A DNA stretch of 45,926 nucleotides from a virus (IMGVR_UViG_3300033518_000101:1-45926), one strand, 5' to 3'; counted from the stretch's first letter, positions 1 to 9,386 are shown. The notes: generated from the letters alone by a model not told the origin. Program-made: numbers and translations.

Positions 1-1
1 T

Positions 2-481
2 CCGCCGACTTAGTATTGCTTTATTCACGGCAGACATTTTTTTGCCAAACATGCCATTGTTGCTGCCTCGATTTCGATTGCCAATTGCTTGTTTTTCTTC
101 AAACGTCCACCGTGGTTTTCCTTTATTGGGGGAAGGCTTCCCTTTATTGGGGGGGATACCGGTGTTTAAGTTTTTCCTGATAACATGGCTGTGCAATTCC
201 TGGCATTTCTTCCCGCCATCTATAGAGGTTGTTGCTCTAGCAACATGCTCGGCTGCTTCTCTAATAGATAAGTCGATGTTGTATAACTGATCAAACATGT
301 TTTTCCATATTGAATGTCCACGTAAGATTCGTTTTTTGCACCTAACAATCTCAGATTTATTAGTTAAGACTAATCCATTGTTAAACTCGATTTGACTTGT
401 TGAAATAGAGATTGCTTGAAGCATTTGATTATGTAACTTTAATTCTTTGTTAAACTGTTGTATATCAAATTTCTTTGGCAT
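2..481 (-). CDS. Putative homing endonuclease with NUMOD3-like motifs, following the split UvsW intein; runs off the window edge
   Basis: Not in the ORF track (no stop in window). My translation: MPKKFDIQQFNKELKLHNQ...PPNKGKPSPNKGKPRWTFEEKQAIGNRNRGSNNGMFGKKMS... Has an AAGGAG RBS, an ATAAATA motif at 506-512, and is AT-rich. Confidence 0.65.
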   Translation of the reverse strand, partial: MPKKFDIQQFNKELKLHNQMLQAISISTSQIEFNNGLVLTNKSEIVRCKKRILRGHSIWKNMFDQLYNIDLSIREAAEHVARATTSIDGGKKCQELHSHVIRKNLNTGIPPNKGKPSPNKGKPRWTFEEKQAIGNRNRGSNNGMFGKKMSAVNKAILSRR

Positions 482-494
482 AAATGCATCTCCT

Positions 495-2657
495 TTAGCG
501 ATATGTATTTATGTCTATTACCTCTGTATCTTCATTTATTTGATCAGCTCTAACCCATCCATTGGTTGTTAAGAATTTATGGCTGGCTGTGCATTTGATA
601 ATTTCACCATTATCAAACACCAGCTCAAGCATTGGTTCTGTGCTGCTCTTGGTTAAATTTCTAAAGACCTGAACTACTTCGTCGTGTTTATATGTCCTTG
701 TTTCTTCACAGAAGTTAACAATCAAGTCGCCCGGTTGAAGATCTTGTATTGGTATTTTACTGGTCGGAGTTGTTATCAACGTGTCTCCGCTGAAACACTC
801 GTCAACCATCACGCACACAACGCCGTCAACAAAGTCGTCGATTGTAGCAGCGGGCATGTTGCCATCAAGATCGCCTTTGCTGCTCTTCATCAAGCTGTTG
901 AGGCTTTGCCAAGTGCAAATGGTGTGCGTCTTACCCACCTCCTTGCGGTCACCAAAGTAAACGCCCACGTCTAGCCCTAGGTTGCGGTAGTCATCTTCTG
1001 TTTGGCTAACCAGGCTCTTGTTGGGCACGATCACCACGCTGCGCCCGTATTTTTCCACGCCGGCACTCAGCGTTGCTGTGATCAACGTATTGTGCGTTAC
1101 TACATACCCATCTGTAATGTAAAGATGCAAATGGTGATCGATATAAATGCATCTAACTGGCTCATGTCCTACTTTTTCAACACTAACAATGTTGTTTTTC
1201 AATGTAGGTCCATACTGGTATTGATGGTTGGTTGCTTGTTTTTTGCGTTGCAACGAAACAAGTTTCCATGGCTCTGGAAATTTGGTTGCAACTGTATATG
1301 AATCTTTACAATTACGACGTTTTCCCTGATATACATAGGTTCGATTTGCAGCGTGTTTGACCTTAGCAATACCTCCCACACTATGAACTAACTTAGCAAA
1401 CCCGCTTGCTAATTCTGGACTTACGCTTGTAAAGTATACACTGCCTTTATCAATAGTCCCGTCGCTGTCGACCAATCCTCTCAATAATTCCAATCGTTGC
1501 TCTAGGCTTCCAGTGAAATAAATTTCAGGAACAAATTTTTCATGTGACAATTTGTGGTCCAATCCCATATCAATAAGAGATTGTCTATGCTGATTTCCAG
1601 ATTTGCCATTGCTTGTAATATGGCCTTTAACATTGCGCTGATGGGTCGACATCAATTTTGAATGAGCCGATTGTCGCAATTCCTTGCTTTTAAAAACAAT
1701 AGCATAATCATAGTTGCCAACGTGCTTGACTTTATATTCTGCTGAAAGCTTTGCTTCTACTTTTTCAACTATTTCTAAATCACTTGTAGAAAAAGAGACG
1801 GATCCATGACGAAATGACCCATCCCCTAATAGAAATCCAAGTAACCACGGATCCATTGGTAAATTTACATCATTGATATCATTCTCAAAAGTTGCCATTG
1901 GTATTCCAATTGGACGCTTACTTTTCTGCATGTGATGAATGATTTCCGTAGTGGTAATATTCCTAATAGGGCCCCCTTTTTTAGAGGTTTGCCCCCATTG
2001 GATATTGTAAACGGGCCATAGATGGTCTTCGCAACATCTAACGGTTCTGCCGTCTTTGAAAGTAATCTCGTAGATATCCTTATTGCCAGGCTCAAAAATG
2101 TTCAAAACTGCCGATAATGACCCATCAGGTGTCCTTACTTTGTCTCCAACCTGAATATTTCCCATAGACTTCCATCCTAAATCTGTGAGAACTTGACTGT
2201 CATATGGTTGACATTTGCCTGCGCCCGTTGCCACTTCCTGCAAACACTGCTGGTCTGCTAGAAAGGCGTTCACTACTTCAATTTGGTAGTCGCGTAGGAT
2301 GACCGGCTCACCTGCCTTAACGTGTCCTTTGGGCCAGGTCTTATGCGCAAACGTGTTTTCATCCACTGGATCTAGCGTTAGGTCGCCCCAGTCTTGACGC
2401 TGGTCATCCACCTCTACATTGTAGTTGAAGTTTTCCAGCACCGGTAGGATCTCAGGCAACAGGTTGAGATAGGTGCCGCCGCTGAGAGTAAAGAAGCTGA
2501 CACACCCATCCCACCTGCCTAGCTTGACTGCTGGCATGTGTCTTGCGTATGGGATTTCGTATTTCAGCAGCTTGGTTAGCTTTTTCCTAACATCTAAGTC
2601 GAGGTCTTCAATCTTGATGTTGACTTCGTCTTTAACAACTATTTTGCATTTCTTCAA
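495..2657 (-). CDS. uvsW: UvsW-like SF2 DNA helicase, N-terminal part, with a contiguous intein and an N-terminal split intein
   Basis: GRWDG, LRDYQ Q-motif, ATGAGK/T Walker A, IVPNKSLV, TWQSL and VMVDE Walker B. The ORF ends inside an intein. Confidence 0.9.
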   Translation of the reverse strand: MKKCKIVVKDEVNIKIEDLDLDVRKKLTKLLKYEIPYARHMPAVKLGRWDGCVSFFTLSGGTYLNLLPEILPVLENFNYNVEVDDQRQDWGDLTLDPVDENTFAHKTWPKGHVKAGEPVILRDYQIEVVNAFLADQQCLQEVATGAGKCQPYDSQVLTDLGWKSMGNIQVGDKVRTPDGSLSAVLNIFEPGNKDIYEITFKDGRTVRCCEDHLWPVYNIQWGQTSKKGGPIRNITTTEIIHHMQKSKRPIGIPMATFENDINDVNLPMDPWLLGFLLGDGSFRHGSVSFSTSDLEIVEKVEAKLSAEYKVKHVGNYDYAIVFKSKELRQSAHSKLMSTHQRNVKGHITSNGKSGNQHRQSLIDMGLDHKLSHEKFVPEIYFTGSLEQRLELLRGLVDSDGTIDKGSVYFTSVSPELASGFAKLVHSVGGIAKVKHAANRTYVYQGKRRNCKDSYTVATKFPEPWKLVSLQRKKQATNHQYQYGPTLKNNIVSVEKVGHEPVRCIYIDHHLHLYITDGYVVTHNTLITATLSAGVEKYGRSVVIVPNKSLVSQTEDDYRNLGLDVGVYFGDRKEVGKTHTICTWQSLNSLMKSSKGDLDGNMPAATIDDFVDGVVCVMVDECFSGDTLITTPTSKIPIQDLQPGDLIVNFCEETRTYKHDEVVQVFRNLTKSSTEPMLELVFDNGEIIKCTASHKFLTTNGWVRADQINEDTEVIDINTYR
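498..797 (-). mobile_element. 100-aa N-terminal split-intein fragment in the UvsW Walker B motif
   Basis: VDE|CFSGDTLITT block A and CTASHKFLT block B, then a stop codon with no C-terminal HN. Confidence 0.85.
1089..2213 (-). mobile_element. 375-aa LAGLIDADG intein in the UvsW Walker A motif
   Basis: GAGK|CQPYDSQV ... YVVTHN|TLIT; CCEDHLW block B; LLGFLLGDGS and LLRGLVDSDGT endonuclease motifs; lower GC than flanks. Confidence 0.93.
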
Positions 2658-2722
2658 TGGTTACTTCCCGCTAATACATACTTAGCTCAGTATATACTAG
2701 GGTGCAAAAAAACGCAATTATT

Positions 2723-3889
2723 TTAGCCAAAGACGTGAATCATTTTAATGATTGGCTTGCTTAAGATCTCGCTCAAACGAGCAGTGCCGATTCCAACAGT
2801 GCTGTCAAGGATAATTACAGCTTCATTAAGATCGTCAACCGCCAATTCATTAAAGAACACGTTTTGTGTCAAGCGATTGCCGTTACGGCTAGTAAAGAAG
2901 ATCTTTTCGCCGGGCACTTCAATATCAGTGGCTGCTTCAATCAGGCGCGTCATAGCTTGGTTCTTGCCTGGGTAGAGATCAAGGAATACCCACTTCTTTG
3001 CGCTGATGGTGGTCATCAGCTCTTCTAGCACGCCAATGTCGGTGGTGCTGGTAAACACGCGGCCTTGCTCCACAATCTCTTCCTGCGTCCATAGCAGTGC
3101 GTTGGCGATGTTGGGGTGGCGTTCGCGTGTGACCTCAGCCAAGCGTGGTGAGATTTTGAGTCCATAGCGAGCCGCACGGATCACCGTGTTAGGCAGGCTG
3201 GCGTTGAGGTCTATAGTGGACAATGCCGCCTCGATCCATGGGTTGGTGTTGCGCAGGGTGATGTTGCTGCCATCCCAGTCCATGTGAGGCAGTGACAAGA
3301 ATGGATCGGCTGTGTGTTCACGTGCCGTGGCTACATAGGCTGCTACGGTGGGTGGCATATACCAATTGTGCGCCTTGTGCTCGTCAATGAACTGTGTGAT
3401 CAGTGCGAGGTTGCGCTCAGTCCTGTCAATCTCCCACTGGCGCTTTTCCTTGTTCCAGCTGAAGTTGCCGCCGGCGCGGTCCTTGATTTGGTGCAGGCGT
3501 GTGACCATTGGAGGCCCGTAGGGAAAACGCACAACAAAGTGGTTGGCTTCCAGGTCCTCATTTACCTCATAGCTGCGGTTCACTGAACGTATAGGCAAGC
3601 GCAGCGGCTTGTCGACTGCCAGGTAGGTTGGGTCAACTGTGATCTTGCGCAAGATCTGCTTGCGATACTTGGTGATGATCTTCACCGCCATGTCTACTTG
3701 CCTGTCTGTCAAACCGCGGCCCTCATGAATCATCTGCGCAGTTTGGATTACAAACGTCACATCGTAATTGGCCAGCCGCACAGGGAAGCCAGCATAATAC
3801 CCAAACTTGATGTCCGCACCGGTGTTGTCCTTGAGCTTGCCCAGCCAAAGGATCCAGTCTTCGATGTAGTATGGGAACGGTTTGGTCAT
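2723..3889 (-). CDS. Hypothetical protein upstream of uvsW
   Basis: 388-aa ORF tightly packed in the operon. Confidence 0.8.
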   Translation of the reverse strand: MTKPFPYYIEDWILWLGKLKDNTGADIKFGYYAGFPVRLANYDVTFVIQTAQMIHEGRGLTDRQVDMAVKIITKYRKQILRKITVDPTYLAVDKPLRLPIRSVNRSYEVNEDLEANHFVVRFPYGPPMVTRLHQIKDRAGGNFSWNKEKRQWEIDRTERNLALITQFIDEHKAHNWYMPPTVAAYVATAREHTADPFLSLPHMDWDGSNITLRNTNPWIEAALSTIDLNASLPNTVIRAARYGLKISPRLAEVTRERHPNIANALLWTQEEIVEQGRVFTSTTDIGVLEELMTTISAKKWVFLDLYPGKNQAMTRLIEAATDIEVPGEKIFFTSRNGNRLTQNVFFNELAVDDLNEAVIILDSTVGIGTARLSEILSKPIIKMIHVFG

Positions 3890-3890
3890 G

Positions 3891-4880
3891 TTACCTCTGC
3901 TTCATGCAAGTGTTCTCAGCCACTGTCTTCCACTTAACTGGATCCATGCGACGCAGGTCGGCCAGCTTGATAGCCATACGCAGGCTCACTTCTCTCAGCT
4001 GGGTCTGTGTCTCGTGCATGAACTCCAGGATCTCGGCCTCGCCCTCGGCGTCCATGCCATACTCCGGAAACAGTTGCCCACTGCGGGCGATCTGCCTGAT
4101 GCGCAAAAACTTGTCGCGCATGGTGTCCAGGGTGAGGTCCAGGTAGTGGCAGCGTGACATGAGTGCGCCAAGGTGGTCACGCATTTTAGGACTGCGCACG
4201 TTGTCAAACTTGATGTTGGTGACGAAGATAACAGCGCCCTTGAACTCGAACTTGTTGGGCACGCCTTCGTTGCGCAGCTTGTGGCTGTCTGCGTTCCAAT
4301 GGATGGTGCGCTTCTTCTTGCTGTCCAATGCTGCTTTGAGGATGTTGAGACTCAACTCGTCCATCAGCACACTGTCGCAGTCGTCAAACACCAGCACACT
4401 GTTTTCGTCACTGAACTCAAACAGCTTGCAATAAAGGCCCAGCGCAGTCATGGCGCCCTTGACCACTTCGTAGATAGGAGGCTTGCCGCCAATGGCATTG
4501 AACAGGTTGTATTTCTCCAGCTCTTTCTCGATGCCGTAGCTCTTGCCCACGCCAGGTGGCCCGACAACGATGAGAGCGCGGACGTCGCCTCGCAGGGTGG
4601 CTTCTGTCATCTGGTCCAGGATGGCAAAGCGTGCCTCAATGCGGTCCATCACCTCGTCATCTGTCTCTTCTACAGCGGGCAAAGCGGCTTCTGGTTCACC
4701 CTCGGTCTCCCAATCTTCCACTAGGATCCGCACCTTCTTGAAATCTGGCCCAAGGTGGCTACTGGCGTTAACGGTGGCCACAGTGCCCTTGCTGGTCTCT
4801 ACCACTGGCTTGAGCAACGGGAAGATCTGGTCGGTGATGTCTTTGCCACGATAGCGGCCTGCGTTGATCTTTATCTGCAT
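3891..4880 (-). CDS. AAA+/P-loop ATPase
   Basis: GPPGVGKS Walker A, LVFDDCD Walker B, IFVTN sensor, SRC arginine finger; GGAG RBS. Confidence 0.88.
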   Translation of the reverse strand: MQIKINAGRYRGKDITDQIFPLLKPVVETSKGTVATVNASSHLGPDFKKVRILVEDWETEGEPEAALPAVEETDDEVMDRIEARFAILDQMTEATLRGDVRALIVVGPPGVGKSYGIEKELEKYNLFNAIGGKPPIYEVVKGAMTALGLYCKLFEFSDENSVLVFDDCDSVLMDELSLNILKAALDSKKKRTIHWNADSHKLRNEGVPNKFEFKGAVIFVTNIKFDNVRSPKMRDHLGALMSRCHYLDLTLDTMRDKFLRIRQIARSGQLFPEYGMDAEGEAEILEFMHETQTQLREVSLRMAIKLADLRRMDPVKWKTVAENTCMKQR

Positions 4881-4904
4881 GAATGCTCCATGTAATATCT
4901 ACTC

Positions 4905-4960
4905 ATAGTATAGGAAAGTGGTTACCACTTTCCTATACTATTATAGTATAGGAAAGTGGT
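4905..4960. repeat. Inverted triplication X-t-revcomp(X)-t-X of an 18-mer
   Basis: X=ATAGTATAGGAAAGTGGT at 4905-4922 and 4943-4960, with its exact reverse complement at 4924-4941. Confidence 0.95.
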
Positions 4961-4972
4961 GGTGGTTGTCAA
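4945..4972 (-). promoter_or_regulatory. Sigma70-like promoter for the ATPase operon
   Basis: TTGACA-N16-TATACT on the minus strand. Confidence 0.7.
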
Positions 4973-4988
4973 GCCCATAAATACCAGC

Positions 4989-6053
4989 ATGGAACACTAT
5001 TACAAGCGAATCCTACCCATGCTTGAGGGCTACACTGTCCGCGGCCTGTTTGATGGGCACAGAACCATTGACAAAATCGTTACACTACAGACTGGACACA
5101 AAGGTCAAGTGTTTTTCTTCGACCAGGAACCTATGATACGCAACCTAGACGATCCACTGTGGGATCACATCTTCAGTGAGCCTACCATCTTCGCCAACAG
5201 TGAACTCAACAGTGAGGACAAGGAGTATCTGGCAGCACGTCATTCCAACTTCATCGACTGGTATTACTTTGCTCATGCCATTGTAAGCAAGGAGTGGCTG
5301 AAGAGCTATCGTTACTGCCGTGCTGGTAGCTTCAACAACAGAGACCACAGCTTTCTAGTAGATTTTGGATTGATAACCGGCCCAAGGCAGTATCGACTAT
5401 ACCTCTACTATCTGTTGCGTGAGCACATGAAAAAGGACAGGGCGTTTTACAGCATCGACGGCACCCAGGATTGGTTTGAGGATCTGCACAGGCAGGATCG
5501 CTATGAACTTTTACAACATAGCACAGACTGGCCTGTAGAGCAAGTTATTCCGCACTGGCCTGTCAGCTACGACAACTTTGGAAAGGGTGTGTTCAACGCC
5601 GGCTCAATTCCTCAGAACACCATCAGCTGGGACCATTACAGCCGCGCTGACTTTGTGCTGGTAGTTGAAACTGTTTTTGCAGAGCGCAAACTTCACCTCA
5701 CCGAGAAAATATTCAAAGCCATCGTAGCCGGTAAACCTTTTGTGTTGGCAGGTGGCCAGTGCAATCTGCGTTACCTGCAACAGTATGGGTTTCACACGTT
5801 CAAGAACTGGATAGACGAAAGCTATGACGGTGTAGAGGACCCTAAGGCGCGCGCAGAGGCGGTTGCAGCTAGCATCAACAAGTTCTACGCTCAAACGGAC
5901 ACTGAAATTGATGACGCGCTAGAGCGCGCTGTATGGCGTGCCGAAGCCAATCGCAACTGGTTCTGGGGTCCTGACCTTGAGCGCATTGTATGGGAAGAAC
6001 TAGAACGCAACCTAGCCCGGGCCAAAGCAGAGCTAGCCACGAAGCAGGTCTAG
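4989..6053 (+). CDS. Putative glycosyltransferase-like protein (LTEK/KPF/GF/DESYD motif family)
   Basis: C-terminal ETVF..LHLTEKIFKAIVAGKPFVLAG..GFHTF..IDESYD. The ATG lies 5 nt after ATAAATA (4977-4983). Confidence 0.6.
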   Translation: MEHYYKRILPMLEGYTVRGLFDGHRTIDKIVTLQTGHKGQVFFFDQEPMIRNLDDPLWDHIFSEPTIFANSELNSEDKEYLAARHSNFIDWYYFAHAIVSKEWLKSYRYCRAGSFNNRDHSFLVDFGLITGPRQYRLYLYYLLREHMKKDRAFYSIDGTQDWFEDLHRQDRYELLQHSTDWPVEQVIPHWPVSYDNFGKGVFNAGSIPQNTISWDHYSRADFVLVVETVFAERKLHLTEKIFKAIVAGKPFVLAGGQCNLRYLQQYGFHTFKNWIDESYDGVEDPKARAEAVAASINKFYAQTDTEIDDALERAVWRAEANRNWFWGPDLERIVWEELERNLARAKAELATKQV

Positions 6054-6950
6054 TGTAACGCAATGGTGGCCACCGCCTAGTGTTCGGCTCTGCGGTAGCT
6101 CAACACCAATGGTTTCTATCCCCATGTATTTCAGCTTGGTGCGCAGTATGGTCTGCTTGGGGTCGCAGATGGCCAAGCATGGGTTAACCATTAGGAGGTT
6201 GATGCCAATCCAATCACTGGCGTAGGGGTAGTGGGTGAATGACTGCGGGGCTAGGTCCTCGCGGGTGATCCAGATCTTGTCCCAGTCTCGCAGCACCTTG
6301 GGCATGTTGTCATTGTTGATCCGCTCTGCGTTAAGAATGACCATGCCTTCGCTCACTGGCACAATGGTGCTGTCGATGTGAACGCCACTGTAAATGTTGG
6401 TGAGCGGATGGACACGATACTCGTCTCCCAGCGACTCTTGTAGCCACACTGCGCCTTCTGGTGTGCCGGTGGGGCTAACAAGGTAAAGCAGGTCACGGCC
6501 CAGTCGGCATACGTTAGCGGCGTCAAAGGCTGCGCTAGCAGGTGCTACAGCGGCGGCCTGTGGTGTCCAGCTAGTAGACAGTGCCTCCCACTCCCGACGC
6601 CGGCTAGGGTAGGTCATTGGGGCAACGATCACGCGGTGCCCTACAATCAGCACGTTGTCTCGTGGGCTGTAGCCATTCATCTCATCCAGCTGGGTGTAAT
6701 CACGTGGGGTGGGGCGAACGACCTCGACACCAAGGCCGGCTAGCGTGGCGGCAAGGTTGTCCAGGCTGGCGTCGGCCGATTTGATGATGGCGGGGTCAAC
6801 AGGGCCAGTAGGTAGCTCAGTCTCGATCCAAGGTGCGGCCGCCATAGCAGCGCGGAACACCGGGTCGGCTGGCCAGTTAGCGTGGTGCGCACCGCCTACC
6901 ATCACGCGCTTGAGTGGGTCCCATTCGTTGGCGCTGTAAACGTCACCCAA
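6033..6950 (-). CDS. Amidinotransferase (glycine/inosamine-phosphate amidinotransferase family)
   Basis: NEWDPLKRVMVG, PRD, FDAAN, HIDST and GGGHHCVTLDL with the catalytic Cys. Probable TTG start overlaps the upstream stop. Confidence 0.88.
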   Translation of the reverse strand: MGDVYSANEWDPLKRVMVGGAHHANWPADPVFRAAMAAAPWIETELPTGPVDPAIIKSADASLDNLAATLAGLGVEVVRPTPRDYTQLDEMNGYSPRDNVLIVGHRVIVAPMTYPSRRREWEALSTSWTPQAAAVAPASAAFDAANVCRLGRDLLYLVSPTGTPEGAVWLQESLGDEYRVHPLTNIYSGVHIDSTIVPVSEGMVILNAERINNDNMPKVLRDWDKIWITREDLAPQSFTHYPYASDWIGINLLMVNPCLAICDPKQTILRTKLKYMGIETIGVELPQSRTLGGGHHCVTLDLLRG

Positions 6951-7527
6951 TGCTGATCTCCCGTAGGTCCGGGTAGGCGAACTGAATGGGCTTAGGCGTA
7001 TAGGTGGCCAATGCAGCGATGCCGGCACTGGCAGTCTCTAGTCTCATGCCGTAGTGGTAGCCCGGCTCAAAGTATTTCTGGTCCTGCCATGGTGTGATGC
7101 TGAGGTTGCGCCCATCGTAGGCCATGCGCTTTAGCACAATGTAATCTGCGTTGCTGTCAAGCAAGATAGCGCCGCCGTGACCCAGGGTGAGTGGCTTGTT
7201 TGGACCAAAGCTGAGGCACTGCATCATACCAGGGCGATACATGCCCGGCTTGAGCAGGCGGGCACTGTCCCACACATTGGTGTAATCGAACTGATATTCG
7301 CCTGCGTCATACCAGGCCTCGTCACTGAGATCGTAGGCAATCTCCAGCTTGTGCATCAGCATAGGGATGCTGAGGTAAGTCTTGGCTGGAAACACCGTGC
7401 GGTCAGTGCCCTCATAGCGCAGTGCTAGTTCAATAGCATGGGTGGCGCAGTCAGTGAGCACCACATAGGGCGCGCCAGTGTAGGCCTTGAGCGCGTCTTC
7501 AAAGTCCAGTAATGTGTCGTAGTTCAT
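6943..7527 (-). CDS. Compact DegT/DnrJ/EryC1/StrS-like PLP aminotransferase
   Basis: FE..L..YTGAPY..TDCATHAIELAL, WDSA, CLSFGPNKPL (PLP Lys) and GGAIL; only 194 aa. Confidence 0.75.
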   Translation of the reverse strand: MNYDTLLDFEDALKAYTGAPYVVLTDCATHAIELALRYEGTDRTVFPAKTYLSIPMLMHKLEIAYDLSDEAWYDAGEYQFDYTNVWDSARLLKPGMYRPGMMQCLSFGPNKPLTLGHGGAILLDSNADYIVLKRMAYDGRNLSITPWQDQKYFEPGYHYGMRLETASAGIAALATYTPKPIQFAYPDLREISIG

Positions 7528-8051
7528 TGGTGCCCTGTGAGTTGCAGTGTGTAACGTGGTTTGACGCCGATGTTTGCTGCCATGTGTGGCGTGTCACCAT
7601 ACCATACAAAGTAGTCGCCGGCCTTCCACCCCATGTAAGGATAGTCGTCAATCTCGAGGTAGTGCCCACTGGCCCAATCTTCCATCATCATAATGATTCG
7701 TGCCACCTGGCGCACCTCAACGTTGAACAGCGCAGTGTAACGAGAATAGGCGTCGCGGTGAACAGGCAAGATGGTCCCGGTCCTCATGCGATAGAAGGTG
7801 GCAGTGACGTCTTCGATTTGGAAGCGGTTCTCGGCCCACAGTTCTAGGTCTCGTGTCCAGACTGGTTGAACGCCGCGTTTATCCACCATGTGGCCAGTGA
7901 AATAGTCGTCGGGGTGAACGTAGCCCTCTTCGCGCCAGCGGGTCATATCAATCTGGCTGCCAAATGGGCTTTGCTGGTAGTCCAGCTCTCGGTAGCCCTC
8001 AAAGGCATGCTCTCGCATGTTACCGGCGTGATGGGGGCCGAGAATTGCCAT
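7524..8051 (-). CDS. 2OG-Fe(II)/cupin-fold oxygenase-like protein
   Basis: HxD (PVHRD) ... H (PHMAANIG) ... RYTLQ facial-triad pattern. Confidence 0.65.
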   Translation of the reverse strand: MAILGPHHAGNMREHAFEGYRELDYQQSPFGSQIDMTRWREEGYVHPDDYFTGHMVDKRGVQPVWTRDLELWAENRFQIEDVTATFYRMRTGTILPVHRDAYSRYTALFNVEVRQVARIIMMMEDWASGHYLEIDDYPYMGWKAGDYFVWYGDTPHMAANIGVKPRYTLQLTGHQ

Positions 8052-9315
8052 AATGCTTTACCTCTACAGTCTTACTTAGCCCTGAGCTTAACTCCGGATT
8101 CATTTTTCTCCACGGGTCAACAACAATGCTGTTGTCTGGTATGTCAACGTAGAGCCGGGCTGTAATCACTGTGCCATCTTCTACCCGGCGCATGTTGCAG
8201 CCATAGGTAACAGTCATACAGTGTGCCAGCAGGAATACGCCTGGTTCTGTGGGATGGAACAAACCAGACTCTTCGCTGAGTGGGTCGATGTAGATGGGCG
8301 GAAATCCCATCTCCTCGCAGTAATGCCCAACCAGCAAGCTGTAACTTCCTTCGTTGTATTCCACGGCTGGCTTATAGCTTTTGCCGTGAATGTAGATTGG
8401 GTAGTGGTGTGGCTGTGCTAGCTCAACTAGGTAAGCAGCCAGGTTTCTAGCTTGCGCTTCTCTTGCGCTCATCACGCTGCCAAACAGGTCATAGCCCAAA
8501 TCAAGGCGGCTGCTTAGTTCGCGTAGCGCAATGTTGTCGCGCGGGTGGCAAGCACCGCCATCGCCCATCCCTGGGGTCATGTAGGCGCTGCTAGTGATGC
8601 GCTGAGTGCTGTTAGCAATGGCTTCGGCTATCACAGTCACGTTGGCATTGCCTACACGCTGCGCCACATCCATCATCATGTTGCTCAGTCCAATCTTGGC
8701 GCTGATCCATGTGTTGTAAAACACCTTAATGCATTCTGCTTCTTCCCAGGTGCCCTGGACAATGCGTAAGCCGCCGCGGTTCAACAGGTTGCTGTAGAAC
8801 CCAAACAACTCGTCGGCACGAGAACTGTAAAATATGTTTTCCTTGCTGCCTTCGCCAATGATCACCATTTCAGGGCTCATCATGTCTTCTTCAACTGTAC
8901 CCATGGCAATCAAGTATGCGTTGTAAATCAACTCTGCTTTGGTCAGCAGCGGGGCTAACTGACTACGAACAGTGCCGGGCATAACAGTGCTGACCAACAC
9001 TACTACCTGTTGATCGTTGACAACCTTCTCAAGTTCAACGAGCACGTTCTTAACAGCGGTGTAGTCAAAGTCCTTGGGTGGGAGGTGGCTGGTCGGCTGG
9101 CTACCGTCATACTCGCTGTCATGTGGGGTAGGCACTGCAACAAAGATGAACTCTGCGTGTTGCACTGCACGGGCAATGGTGGGACGCATGGTCACGTGGT
9201 GTGATTTGACTGGGCGAATGTCGTAGCCACTCACGTCGTGACCGCGTTTGGCCATTGCTTCTGCACACGGCAGGCCCAGCTTGCCCAATCCTATCCACGC
9301 AATCTTAACCATCAA
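8020..9315 (-). CDS. UDP-glucose/GDP-mannose dehydrogenase family protein
   Basis: GLGKLG Rossmann motif, VAVPTP, STVMPGT, AECIK..N, GDGGACHPRD with catalytic Cys. Confidence 0.9.
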   Translation of the reverse strand: MMVKIAWIGLGKLGLPCAEAMAKRGHDVSGYDIRPVKSHHVTMRPTIARAVQHAEFIFVAVPTPHDSEYDGSQPTSHLPPKDFDYTAVKNVLVELEKVVNDQQVVVLVSTVMPGTVRSQLAPLLTKAELIYNAYLIAMGTVEEDMMSPEMVIIGEGSKENIFYSSRADELFGFYSNLLNRGGLRIVQGTWEEAECIKVFYNTWISAKIGLSNMMMDVAQRVGNANVTVIAEAIANSTQRITSSAYMTPGMGDGGACHPRDNIALRELSSRLDLGYDLFGSVMSAREAQARNLAAYLVELAQPHHYPIYIHGKSYKPAVEYNEGSYSLLVGHYCEEMGFPPIYIDPLSEESGLFHPTEPGVFLLAHCMTVTYGCNMRRVEDGTVITARLYVDIPDNSIVVDPWRKMNPELSSGLSKTVEVKHYGNSRPPSRR

Positions 9316-9323
9316 TCGTCCTT

Positions 9324-9354
9324 AAAGAAAAAGAGCGCACGTCTCCATGCGCTC
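9324..9354 (-). terminator. Rho-independent terminator-like hairpin
   Basis: GAGCGCA-tggagacg-TGCGCTC followed by TTTTTCTTT on the minus strand. Confidence 0.6.
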
Positions 9355-9386
9355 AGTATAACAGAGACCCCTCAACCTCTGCAAAT

